Positions 12,945 through 24,804 of a stretch of 64,000 bases of DNA are shown here, in pieces; position 1 is the first letter of the stretch; each line of letters begins with the position of its first letter. The translations under genes and the position numbers were made by a program. The stretch spans positions 36,828,001 to 36,892,000 of the forward strand of contig OX597839.1 in NCBI GenBank assembly GCA_951406725.2. The letters run 5' to 3'. The DNA comes from Octopus vulgaris (taxonomy: Eukaryota). A model generated the notes under the pieces. It was not told the origin of the DNA. It saw only the letters and a program-made list of their open reading frames with translations, and made no database searches.

Positions 12945-13332
12945 GTTCATTTTGCACCCATTTTTCCATGCTTGCATGGGTTGGACAAATAAGTTGTGAT
13001 ATTGTTTTACAGCTGTATGTCCTTCTTGACACTAACTCTTACCTATTTCTCAAGTAAGGGATTACTTATTCTACACAACTTCGAAAGCACAAAGTGCTTG
13101 AGTGATTTGTTGACCACAGTCAACAACACTATACCACACTTTAATACAAGCAATTGCAAGTATAAACAAACACTGAGAGACATAGACATATACATTTACA
13201 ACAGTCTTTCACTTCCTGAATACCATATCCACTCGCAAGATTTTGGTCAAATGGAGTTAATAATAAATGACACTTGATGAAGGTGCCATGTAGTGGGATT
13301 GAACCCAAAAGCACACAGCCAGGCCTGCACCT
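12945..13332 (-). mobile_element. Old SINE with CORE-like tRNA head and RTE-like 3' tail
   Basis: tttccatgcttgcatgggttggac tail at left, gtagtgggattgaaccc...cacagccaggcctgcacc head at right; same layout at 18285-18615 and 19208-19727. Confidence 0.6.
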
Positions 13333-13882
13333 ATAGCCATAATTATATATATATACACAACTTCCATATACAGAACCATGCTATGTTAGTTAATATAGTT
13401 ATATATATGTTCACATTTACATTGATATACATCAATGTATATTGATGTGTCAAAATGTGCATATGTACATTTTGTCATAATCATTACCTTAGGCTTATAG
13501 GCCTTGGTTTTCTTCTCTGATTTGCAAGTTAACAAAGAAAACATTGTTAGTTTATCCACTTTTCCATAATTAGTGCCCTGGGTTGGGCCACACAGAACAG
13601 ACACAGTCTCACATAATTGGTCCAAATGTTTTATGGGTCTCTATCCAGCTGTCTGTTTATTCTATAGTTAAAATGTTTTACATATAAATTTTATAGAAGA
13701 CATTTACTAGTATTGGCTTAAGAAAGAGAATGAATCCTATAACTCCTGGGAACCATGCAAATATCACTTACCAAGTGATCATGACTCCCATAATGAAATC
13801 TTTCTCTTTAGTCACTCTTGTGAATGTATTACATGTGTATGTACATATACATATCACACACATATCTATGTAATGTGTATAA

Positions 13883-13925
<43 letters not shown>

Positions 13926-15711
13926 CATACATGACAAAGAGCACTAAATACTGGTGGGTAGAGTGTGAGTAATTATTATTCAAATTAGTCAGCACCCCCA
14001 TTTAAAACCTTGGGGTTCTTGCTGGTAGAGTTTACTGCATTCATCGGGTGTAAAGGGGATTGAGTGTCAGGCAGAACACAATAGGTTTCAGATGAGGTGC
14101 TGACTAATTTAAATAATAAAGAATTATATTTCTGTGTGTATATGTACACATCTGTGTGCAAAGAAATATGTGTGTGTATATATACACACATACACACAAA
14201 ATTGTTTTTGTTAATTTAGTACAAACATACACAAGTGTTCAATACACAGTTATGTAAGACTATAGCCCTTTATAATTCTATGTGGGAAGACAGGATTGTA
14301 CATGTTAAGTACCTAAAGGTTCATGTAATTGAATTTTAGTAATCAGCAAGTTGACTTTAAGTTGATTGCATGAAACCTTTAGGGAAAGACATATAACCCC
14401 GTCTCCTGTCATAGACAGAATCACTATATACTTTTATGAAAATTGCCACGTTTCCTACAATCAAAGATTTAATTGTGTGTGTGTGTATACATATATATTT
14501 AGCTGTCAGTGTAAATAACTAATGTATTGAGGCGAAAAAAGTTTTGTGCCAATGTCCTTCCATACAAAATCAAACCACACAAAAGATGTATTGAGATGAA
14601 ATATAGGATCTATATCTGCAGTTTTGCTCATGACTGTTTAAAGCAAGGAACCATCAGTATCTGTGAAAAGTTCCCCTTTCAATCAATAGTTTTATCAATC
14701 AAATGTCTATGTTTCTATGAATGTATGGTGAAAATTATGCCTATTATATACACTCAATTTGTATTTCTTTCTATGTGAATTGGCATATATATATATATAT
14801 ATTTGTATGTAAGTATATTGACATAAATGTGTGTGTATGTGTGTTAGAGAGAGAGAGTATAGATATATGTATTGGCATGCATGTGTGTGTGCATAAATTC
14901 GTATTACTATTATTATTTCTGTGCTTCTTTTGAATTCCAATAAAATATTTCGAAAAGAAAAAAACCAAAGTTTATTCTTAGTGAATTATTCCAATATTCA
15001 ATGAATTTTTAAAAATATTCCATTTCTGATTTCTGGCTTATTTTCAGCTGCAGTTTTCTTCTATCCAATAATGGCCAAACACACTAAGAATGTCTGTATG
15101 AGAGAGAGAGAAAGAGGGGGAAGGAGAGAGATTTCTATATTTGTGTGTACAATAACTATAATGCAGTGACATATGCACATGCATATAGACACACTACTAG
15201 ATTATATAACAAATTAATACATACATTGTTGTACATCAAAAACCAGAACAAGGTATTTTTTGGGGTGGTGGTGGTGGGTTGAAGAATGAGAACAGCAGTA
15301 GATTTTTACAACCACATAGTCTGGATTTGATTGTCATGTAAAACACCTTGGGCAAGTGTTACCTACCATAGCAAGAGTTAAAACCTTGTGAATGAAAACT
15401 GTTATAGGAGAAACTGTAAAGATAAATAGGATAAATGAAAAATACCCTTCATTAGCTATTTATCTAGGACTTTTTACAGTTTTGATACTTTAAGATAACA
15501 TCCCTGACTTGAAGAGCATCAACAGCCATCAAATTCAGCCGTTATGGATTTATATTTTAGAGATGACACATAAAAGATATGGAAAGTTATATCTCTTAGC
15601 ATCTGACACAGAAGAAACACAAAGGACACAAGAAAAACATGTTTAAACCTGAATGACAAGGACAGAAAAAAAAAGAAAAAGTTTAGTCTTTTACAACTAA
15701 AATATTACTTT

Positions 15712-16890
15712 ACAAATTTTGGTTCAAGGCAAGTTCGGGGGAGGGGTTAAGTTGATTCCACTGACCCCAGTGCTCAAAAGCAGTTGACCTCAGTGGAATT
15801 CAGAACATAGAAACAGATGAAATGCTGCTAAGCATTTTGCCCAGCATGCTAATAATTCTGCCAACTTGCCATTTTCTATAACTAAAATATTACAAAACGA
15901 AACAAGGCAGTGCATAAATGTAACACTGGAAGAAAATGGAATATAAGATCAGATGCTCTAATGGTAGTCCTCATGCAAATGAAAGGAATAGCAGAAAGGT
16001 GAGAGACAAGCCAGAGCAAAAGGAAAGAAGTTGCATGCTCAGAATGAAAGTGGAGAAAAAAGCTCACAGCAATTTAAAAAAAATATTATGATATATAAGA
16101 AAAGAAGGCTGCAGGAGTTGGTATTAAATGTATTGCTCTGTGTGTGTGTGTGTTAGTGAGGGATACAGCTGATGAATTAGTGTGGTTAATCCAATAAACA
16201 GTAAACAAAGACTGATAAAGTATTGCTGTCATTAATATTGACTAAAATCTTTGAAAGTTGATGATTTGAAGTCCAATGACTAAAACCAGTAAGAGTAAAA
16301 ATAATTCTTTCTACTACAGACAGAAGGCCTAAAATTTAGGGGGAGGGGTTAATTAATTACATTGAACCCCAGTGCTTGACAGCAACTTAATTTGAAAGGA
16401 TGAACGGCAAAGTCAACCTTGGAAGAATTTCAACTCAGAACATAAAGACAGCCAAATTGCTACTAAGCATTTTGTCTGTTCTGATGATTCTATAAATCAG
16501 CTGCTGCTATAATAATAATAATTTCTCACATAGTTACATGACGAGAAATTTGGGTGAGAGAGAGGAACAAGTGGTAAAATCAACCTTCAATACTTTACTG
16601 GTCCTTTATTTTATTGAGCCCAGAGTGAGATGAAAGGCAAATTTGATTTTGGTGCAATTTGAACAACAGATAAAAAGGGCTATAATTGAATGCTGCAAGG
16701 CATTTGGATGTTCCAGCAATTTTACCAGAAAGTAGCTCTGTACAATATTAATCCTAGTTCTTTACTTTTTTAACCTCAGAGGGATGAAAGCCAAAGGTGA
16801 CCTCAGCAGAATTTGACTTCAGAATGTAAAGATTCAGAATAAATACTACAAAACATTTTTTCTGACACTAATGATTCTACCAACACACCA
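15712..16890 (-). mobile_element. Cluster of about four degenerate Deu/Nin-like SINE copies
   Basis: Recurrent aaaggatgaaaggcaaagt.gacct...aatttgaactcagaa at ~15780, 16395, 16630 and 16780. Confidence 0.65.
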
Positions 16891-17744
16891 TTTTAATGAT
16901 ACTAATAATCAAACATGATTCATTTACTACAGTCCAATCCATTTCTTGATACTGTCAGTCTTGCTTAGATGATGGAAATGATGAGTAGAGAGAGAGAGAT
17001 ATATATACACACACACAGATAAACAAAGAGAGGGGGGGAGAGAATGTATTTGTAGGAATGTAATGGAGGTGGAGACCAATATCTTAGGCAAACTGAATAG
17101 CAAGACAGAGAAAAGATAGCACATACATAAAGAAAAAAATAAAAAGTGAATGTGAAAGGATAGAGATATTGAGAAGTGGAGAAGGAAAGAGGGCTGATGA
17201 TAGATCTTTGACTGGAGCAAATCTCCAAAAGCAATATAAAGACTTGCCAAAATACATTATATAGAAAACATCCAATGTGAAGAATCCGAAGATGAAAAAT
17301 TAACAATCCTACACAAAATATAAAGGATATAAAGGAAACTTGACATTTTTTCTGTTTATGGCATCATGAATAATAGAAATAGATCCGCAGTAGACAGTTT
17401 ACTGGGAGAGGAGGAGAGATTAATTCTTAACTGAGATTGTGTGTGGTGGAGTTTCTATATTACATGTTGGCAATTTGTCTTTTATCCATTTATAACTTCT
17501 GATAAATACTTTCAATGTGCAGTTTGTGTGTGTGTTTATACAAATCTATAACAGTGTGTGTGTGAATGTACAAATCTGTAAATTTGTACATAGATGTATG
17601 AGATCTGTCCACAAACATACATGTAAAAACAAGTTCCCATGAAAGTACATGAATACTAGCACAACTGCTCCAAACTCTGTAACATCCTCTGATACTGTGT
17701 AGCCCCTGGTCAAACTGTGATGATGTGTTGTGAACTGTGTAGGT

Positions 17745-17945
17745 CATCATCATCATCATTTAACATCCGCTTTCCATGCTAGCATGGGTTGGACGATTTG
17801 ACTGAGGACTGGCGAACTAGATGGCTGCACCAGGTTCCAATCTGATCTGGCAGAGTTTCTACAGCTGGATGCCCTTCCTAACACTAACCACTCCGAGAGT
17901 GTAGTGGGTGCTTTTACGTGCCACTGGCATGAGGGCCAGTCAAGC
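17745..17945 (-). mobile_element. RTE 3' tail copy (5'-truncated)
   Basis: Near-identical to 10094-10290, with (cat)n tail. Confidence 0.85.
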
Positions 17946-18284
17946 AGTGGTTGTGGATAAATTGTCTGAATAAAAGACAATGTAGTCATATCTGGAACAT
18001 CTTTGTTCATAGATCTTTTCTATCAGTAATAGTTTGAGGTTAAACAATAATAACAAGGACAGACACATTAGATATGGTAGACCTGAATACACATTGTCTG
18101 AATAAAAGACAGGTTGGTGATATATAGAATATCTTTGCACATAGACTTGTTAGATCAGGGATTCAGGGATTCAGCAACAAACATGCAATATATATATATA
18201 TTTCATTTCATACTAAACAAAATCTGTCAAATTAATGATATTTTTTCTTTTAGCAAAAAACACATTACATCTATCAATAAATAT

Positions 18285-18615
18285 TATTATTATTTTAAAG
18301 TCCACTTTTCCATGCTTGCACAGGTCAGATGGAATTCATAGAGGCAGACTTTTTACAGTTGGATCCTTTCTTGTTGTCAACCCTCAGCTATTTTCAAATA
18401 GTAATATTTTCTCCATGGTCAGACATTTTCACAGAAGGTTGGAAATGAACAACACTGAATGATGATGTTCATTTATAATCATCCTACACACACACACACA
18501 AAAAGCTTCTTTCAAATCCACCAGATCCACTCACAAGGATGTGGTAGGCCTGGGTCTAGAGAAGACTGAACCTGAAAACATGTGGTTAGGAACTGAATAT
18601 TTTAATTAAACAGCA
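18285..18615 (-). mobile_element. Old CORE-head/RTE-tail SINE
   Basis: Same organisation as 12945-13332. Confidence 0.55.
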
Positions 18616-19207
18616 TGTATATTAATTTTTTTTTACTTTAATTCCATTTCAAACAAACATAACATTGACATAATGTTGGTAGAATGAATTCATAAAAAGT
18701 GTGTCTGTCTGTGAAGCATGGGGAGAAGGAAATCAGATGGTAAATTCTGAAATATCTGAAGAGTACTTGTTTTTTTTAGTTTAAAGTAAACCAATTCAAA
18801 GAAAGCTTTACTATTTCTTTACACACACATCTACACACAGATCAGATGTTTATGATAAAGTATGGCTTGGCATCAGAGTTGCAGGTGAGAGGGGGTCACA
18901 CCAACATAAGTAAACAATATAAAAATCAAGAAGATTATTAATACTTATCTTTAGACAGATACCCAGAGGTAAAGACGATGATAGTGATGATAATGGTGAT
19001 GATGGATGAGAGAGATATCTAGATGGTACAGACATATACAGAGTAAGAAAGCAGATGTCAAGTAAGAATTAATGATAAATGAATCCAAGGTTCATTAGGC
19101 CAGTCAAGTTAATGTGTTCGCTCTCATATGAGTAAAGCAGTTTCAAAGTTGGTAAATACAATCTAGAAACCTGTAAATGTATGTAGATAACAGTGAGGAT
19201 TACATTT

Positions 19208-19727
19208 CATCATCATCTTCATCATTGTTTTAACGTTCACTTTTTCAATGCTTGCATGGGTCAGACAAGATTTCATTGAGGCAGAGTTTTCTACAGCTAG
19301 ATGCCCTTTCCAATGCTAACCCTCATCTGTTTCCAAGCAAGGTACTAATTTCCCCAATTTATTGAACAATGAACAGCCTGAACATGTTTATGCCAAGGAC
19401 TGAAAACAAACAATATAGTTTGTATGAATGATATTTCACTATCAGTGTGCACATGTCAAGATATGTCAAAAAGCAGACATATTGTAATTGTGGACTGTAA
19501 GCAGATGACACCATTTGAATGAATAGCAAGGCTTTGTCTAGACAAAGGAAATATACACCTAGTCATGCATATATATATATATACAACAAGAAGCTTCTGG
19601 TTTCTATCAACCAAATTTCATTAACAAATTAGTGGTCACTTGGCAGCAGCATCCAATGGAGTGAAATTGTACCTCCTAATGACATAATTATGAAGTGAAT
19701 TTCTTAACCATACAGCCATACCTGCAC
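19208..19727 (-). mobile_element. Old CORE-head/RTE-tail SINE
   Basis: (cat)n tail, ctacagctagatgccctttcc RTE motif, ends in cttaaccatacagccatacctgcac head. Confidence 0.55.
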
Positions 19728-20904
19728 TTTCGGATAATAATAACCATTTCTTACTCAGATACAAAGTTTCAAATATGGGGATGAGTAGAGGTAATTATAT
19801 CAATCCCAGTACTTGACTGTTAGTTTTGTTATTGACTATGGAAGGCAAAGCCAGCTTCAGTGGGACTTGCACTAAGAATGAAGAGGGTTATAACACATAA
19901 TTCAACTAGTTCATCAAAAGAAGAGCTTATCTTCACAGTATTCATAGTAATTATTATTGCAATGGCAAAAAGGCCACACATATTTCTGTTGTTTAGTCAG
20001 AAGTCAATCAACTCAACTCTAGTAGATCCATGACCAAAAGTATTCCAGTTATGACCAACTTGTCTTTTCACTAACAGACAGTATCATGCATTATATTAGC
20101 CAATGCCTTCATTCTTCAAAATAGCAAGCTGTAATTTCTGTGGAGGATTTAACTGTGTATCTAGCAAACTGAATAAAAATTGACACATGTTAAAAGTAAA
20201 GGTGGGGGTTAACAAAGATTATTACTGTGGCACTGCATCATGTGAATGCTACTGTAAGCCTTGGTAGTATCAACTACTAATTCCTTCTACCAGATGCCAA
20301 TTAGGGAGTACTTACATCTCCGCTTCTCAAATATTCTTAGCTATGAAACTCTTTTCTTTTACTAACAAAACTACACCATAAAAAACGGTGATTACTATTA
20401 AAAGACTACATACACTTAAGTCACTTCATCAATACAATATAGAATGTCAAAACATTTCAAATACTAATATTACCAAATGATTTTAAAATAAAATGAAAAA
20501 TATTTTTGAAAATGAATCAAACTACATCTTTTCTTCATGTATTATGCTTGTCTATCCTCCCACTTCTACAACTCAACACCATTCTGTGATCTATCTCTCT
20601 TGTCTTCCCCCACTGCCATCCTTTCTTTCTATATATAATCTGGTTTCACCACTCACTGCATTCTCTGCTCATGCACACTGCCCAGTCCTTTACCACTTCA
20701 TTTACAGTCACCTATTTGTGTCTTGAGGGTATTCCCTGGCATATCGCCACCATCTCTTACCCTCTCCTCTCTCTGACTGGGGTAACAAAATGTATCTCTT
20801 TTGCAGCAAGACACTTGTTTCTGCCCTTCTATCTTTCTCTAACCTCTCATCAACTGGCATAAAGTCACCTTTCTCAATACCCTCCCCTCTCAGTTAAGGG
20901 ATCT

Positions 20905-21127
20905 TTGAGTTACAAGTTACTTGGTGATCTCCCCAGTGTTGTTGCCATGTAAAAAGTGCCCAGTACATTGTTAAGTGGCTGGTATAGGGAAGGACATCAA
21001 GCTGTAGAAACCATGCCAATGCAGATAATAGAATTTGGTGCTACCCTTGGGTTAGTCAGCTTCTGTCAAACTGTCCAACCCATGCCAGCATAGAAGATAG
21101 GCATTAGAGGATGATGATGATGATGAC
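20905..21127 (+). mobile_element. Older RTE-type 3' tail fragment
   Basis: aaaaagtgcccagtaca...gctgtagaaacc...ccaacccatgccagcatagaa...(gat)n. Confidence 0.7.
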
Positions 21128-21666
21128 AATTAAAAGATGTATCAATTGCATCCTATGCCCCACTGCTTTCTCCTTTGTCCTCAGTAACCCTATAAAATTT
21201 AAAAAGCACTGATGTACATGGTCATGCAATGTGCTAGATAAAGCTCTTGGGAATCACACTATTGTTTTAAGCAAGGAAAAACACTGATAAATGAATAAAG
21301 ACACGCATAATTAGCTAAATAATGTTCAACCTGGGGTTCAGCAATGATAACTATCAACAAAATCAAACACTGGGGAATATTTAAAGGTATTAATTTAGAT
21401 GACACAAGATTGATTAACATGTCTTGTGACATTTAGTTCTAATCATATGTATTCTGATATCAAAATCTCAAACAGATTTGAATGTGTGTTTTGTTGGAAG
21501 TGGTAGTTCAGTCCACTTCTACTTTCATCTCTGCAGGGGTCAAGGAAACAAACACAAGGCATAGAATATATTTGTTTATACCTATTCTAGGGAATAAGTA
21601 TAAACAAATATATCCTATGCTGTTGCTATTTCATTGAAATAGTTGAAAGAAATATTTCTTGATTAA

Positions 21667-22065
21667 AGCACCAGTCTATCACAGGTACTAATGGTAGCTA
21701 TGTCATTCCTCCCCCAAAACTAAATGAACTGAAGTAACATAGAATACAGTGTTCTGTCACAAAGACAGTGAAGACAGAGAAATCTCACCTTCAATAGAGC
21801 ACCAGTCTATCAGAGGGAACATACCCTCACCTAAGAGAAGAATTGAAACTGTATAGAATACAATGTCTTGTAATAAAAACATAGTGATGAAAGATAAAAC
21901 TGATTCTGGATAGAGCACCAGTCTATCAAAGGCAATATTTCCTCACCAAATGGTAAAGCTGAAACAACATAAAATACAATGTTCTGTAACAAAAACACAG
22001 AATCCATCAAGGCAGACTTGAACCTACCACTTCTGACAATGTCGCTTAATCCATTAACTACTCAG
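21667..22065 (-). repeat. Three ~120 bp tandem units of a SINE-like core behind a single degenerate tRNA head
   Basis: AGCACCAGTCTATCA at 21667, 21798 and 21914; units resemble the reverse complement of the 8453 SINE core; gacttgaacc B-box remnant near 22016. Confidence 0.6.
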
Positions 22066-22384
22066 TTTTGTAATATCTGTAAAAGACCCGGGTGGATTTA
22101 GCTGTCAGCATTCTACCTCCACCACTTCACACCACTCAAAGTCAATCAGCATCAATAAATATCAGTGACTGTTTTTTTTGGGCAATATTTTAAACATTTA
22201 TGTAAAACCTGTTTTGTCACATATAACAAAAGATCGATTTTACAGTGTTTTCTGACCTGGCTAAATTCAAAACTATAAGCCACAGGAACTTGAGTTTTGG
22301 CACATTTGTAGTAGGTATGGAAGTAAATAATTCCTGAGATTTTGAAGCATGTCACCATTTCAACAAAATTTTAATGGCAGAGTT

Positions 22385-24130
22385 TCAGACCATTGATACT
22401 TGGAGGCTGTCCTCAGAGCAGCTGGTTTCGGTCCTGTCTTCGGTGGCTGGACAGCTGCTTTCTACAGAGGTATCCGTTCGGTAATTTGCATAAATGGACA
22501 TCTATCGAGACCTTACAATATTGCACATTCGGTCCGTCACGGATGCCCTTCTCACTGCTTTTATATGTATTGACTCTTGAGCCATTACTGCGGAAGATGG
22601 CGACTCTGAGGGGCATCCCATGAGAATTGGGATGCGGGACGAGTGTGTCTGCATACGCAGATGATTCATATGTCTAGCCATGAGCACATCAAGCTGGTCA
22701 GCAAGACTATGAAGCAGTGACAGGAGCGAAAATCAACCAGAAAGTCAGTGGGCTTGCAGCTCGGCACCTGGAGAAGCAAGCCCATGCCGTCCACCAGTGC
22801 CTCTGTCATGGGATGCTGGACCGACAGTCTGGTCGAGTTGCTCGGGGTCTGGTTTGGTCCGGACCTCCAAATGGAGAAGAACTGGAACGAGATAACAAGT
22901 AGGGTGGTCACTCTTGCTCGGCAATGGGCCGAGAGGAAACTGTCCCTAAAAGGTCGGGCGGAGGTGGTGAACATGTAGATCACGTCCGTCATCTACTACC
23001 GCCTGACCATCGTGCCTTGTCCCGACTTTACCATCACCAAACTTGAACGCATTCTCTTCTGCTTCTTGTGGAAAGGATGCATCCCGATGGTCAGGTGATC
23101 CATTTGCTGTCAACACCCATTAAAATGAGGGCTGGGCATGCCCTGGTTGATGATGCGCTGAGACTGTGACATCTCCGACTCTACGTAGACAACGGTGAAC
23201 AGGTGTGGTTGCCATTTGTGAGGCATGCTTTCCCGCAACTCGTCTCCATGACCGAACTGCAGTCGTGGATCAAAAAGAGGCCAAGGAGGGCGAATGGCAC
23301 CATGAGTGTCGCGTTGCTCTCAAGCAACTATGCCATCCCGAGTTGACCTTGAGTGACTTCAACACAACCAAAACATTCTATACGGGATTAGTGGAGGGGA
23401 GGTACAACGACGAGCTCGGGTTGAACCTGGGCGTCGACAAGGAATACCCGACCCGCCTGTTCAGAACGACTTTCGGGCCAGGAGCTATGGACAACTTCCA
23501 GAGATCCCTGGCCTGGCAGTACTACGGAGAAGCGCTACTCATTCGGGATAAGCTCTACAGACACGGCTTGAGAAACACAGGGCCAATCTGCCCAAGATGC
23601 GGTCAGAGCGATGAAACCATTCTGCACGCATTCGTGCAGTGTCCAACAGTTTTCGACCTGTGGGCTTATGTCGAATGACTGCTGTCACGTGTGGGATGAG
23701 TCGGTTTATCAGCTGAGTCTATCGTCAATATTGTCACGCCTCCTTCCTTCAAACGGGAAGGAAGAGCTATTTTCATCATCCTTGTGGCTATGGCGAAAGA
23801 ATGTATCTGGTCAATCTCTCATCAACTTCTTCAAGTACCACTTGAAAAGGAAAGTGAGATAGAGAGGCAAGTTTTGTCTAGCAAATGTTTCAAAAAAAGA
23901 TGGATGAATGTAGCAAGGATGGCACGTATGAATGACAAAGCCACCTTGAGCATAATCCTATGAACCAGGAAAAATTTAAAACAGAGAGTTACTTACTTGC
24001 AAATAAATGTCTTAACATGTGACATCATTGACCGAGGTTACTGTGGTCTTTTCTGTAGGCTTTTCTTTCCATGTATAAACCTTATCTGCTTCCCCCTTTA
24101 CACTTTACATCATGACATTTCAGTGATACA
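22385..24130 (+). pseudogene. Decayed Tx1/L1-group LINE ORF2 3' half (RT C-terminal part plus zinc knuckle)
   Basis: Broken frames give PFSLLLYVLTLEPLLRK, VSAYADD, RKLSLKGRAEVVN, FLWKG, GLGMP, CPRCGQSDETILHAFVQC; several stops and frameshifts. Confidence 0.88.
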
Positions 24131-24226
24131 CGATCCCTATTGATAAGGTAACATTTTGATAACAGAAATTCCCAAAAGGGGGAGAAAATATAACACTGAC
24201 TAGGGTTATCCGTGGAAAGAAAAGCC

Positions 24227-24281
<55 letters not shown>

Positions 24282-24283
<2 letters not shown>

Positions 24284-24492
24284 GCGCAGGAGTGGCTGTG
24301 TGGTAAGTAGCTTGCTTACCCACCGATGCTGGTGTGTCTACGTCCCTGTAACTTAGCGGTTCGGCAAAAGAGACCGATAGAATAAGTACTAGGCTTACAA
24401 AGAATAAGCTCTGGGGTTGATTTGCTCGACTATAAAGGCAGTGCTTCAGCATGGCCACAGTCAAATGACTGAACAAGTAAAAGAGTAAAGAG
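24282..24492 (+). mobile_element. Internally deleted young CORE-like SINE in a (TA)n tract
   Basis: Head ggcgcaggagtggctgtgtggtaagtagcttgcttac joined directly to the 3' half of the element seen intact at 39948-40335. Confidence 0.85.
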
Positions 24493-24617
24493 TATATATA
24501 TATATATATATATATATACCAGAGTAAACACATAAATGTGAAACAAGGTGGAAAAAAGAGTACTCAAATACCAGTGGTAGAGTAATATGCTTTATTCAAA
24601 GCAGCAGAAAATTCAAC

Positions 24618-24665
24618 AAAACCTGTTACTCTGAGTTTCCCGTTGCCGTTCGTCGGACAGTTTTT
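24618..24665 (-). ncRNA. Minimal type I hammerhead ribozyme fold within a ~170 bp (TA)n-flanked element (24518-24690)
   Basis: Minus RNA: AAAAACUGU CCGACGA ACG-GCAA-CGG GAAA CU-CAG-AG UA|ACAGGUUUU; stems I, II and III present; GUA cleavage triplet. Confidence 0.7.
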
Positions 24666-24687
24666 GCTAGAATCTAGAATATATAAA

Positions 24688-24723
<36 letters not shown>

Positions 24724-24761
24724 AAGCCATGCTAGCATGGAACACAGAAGTTAAATGATGA

Positions 24762-24804
<43 letters not shown>

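Noticed and set aside
13262-14944. AATAAA signals at 13262, 14115 and 14939 as the ECE poly(A) site
   Set aside because: Expected by chance in AT-rich DNA; cannot choose without transcript data.
21667-21930. CRISPR-like regularly spaced 15-mer
   Set aside because: Eukaryotic context, only three copies, the 'spacers' are homologous to one another and ~100 bp long, and there are no cas genes.
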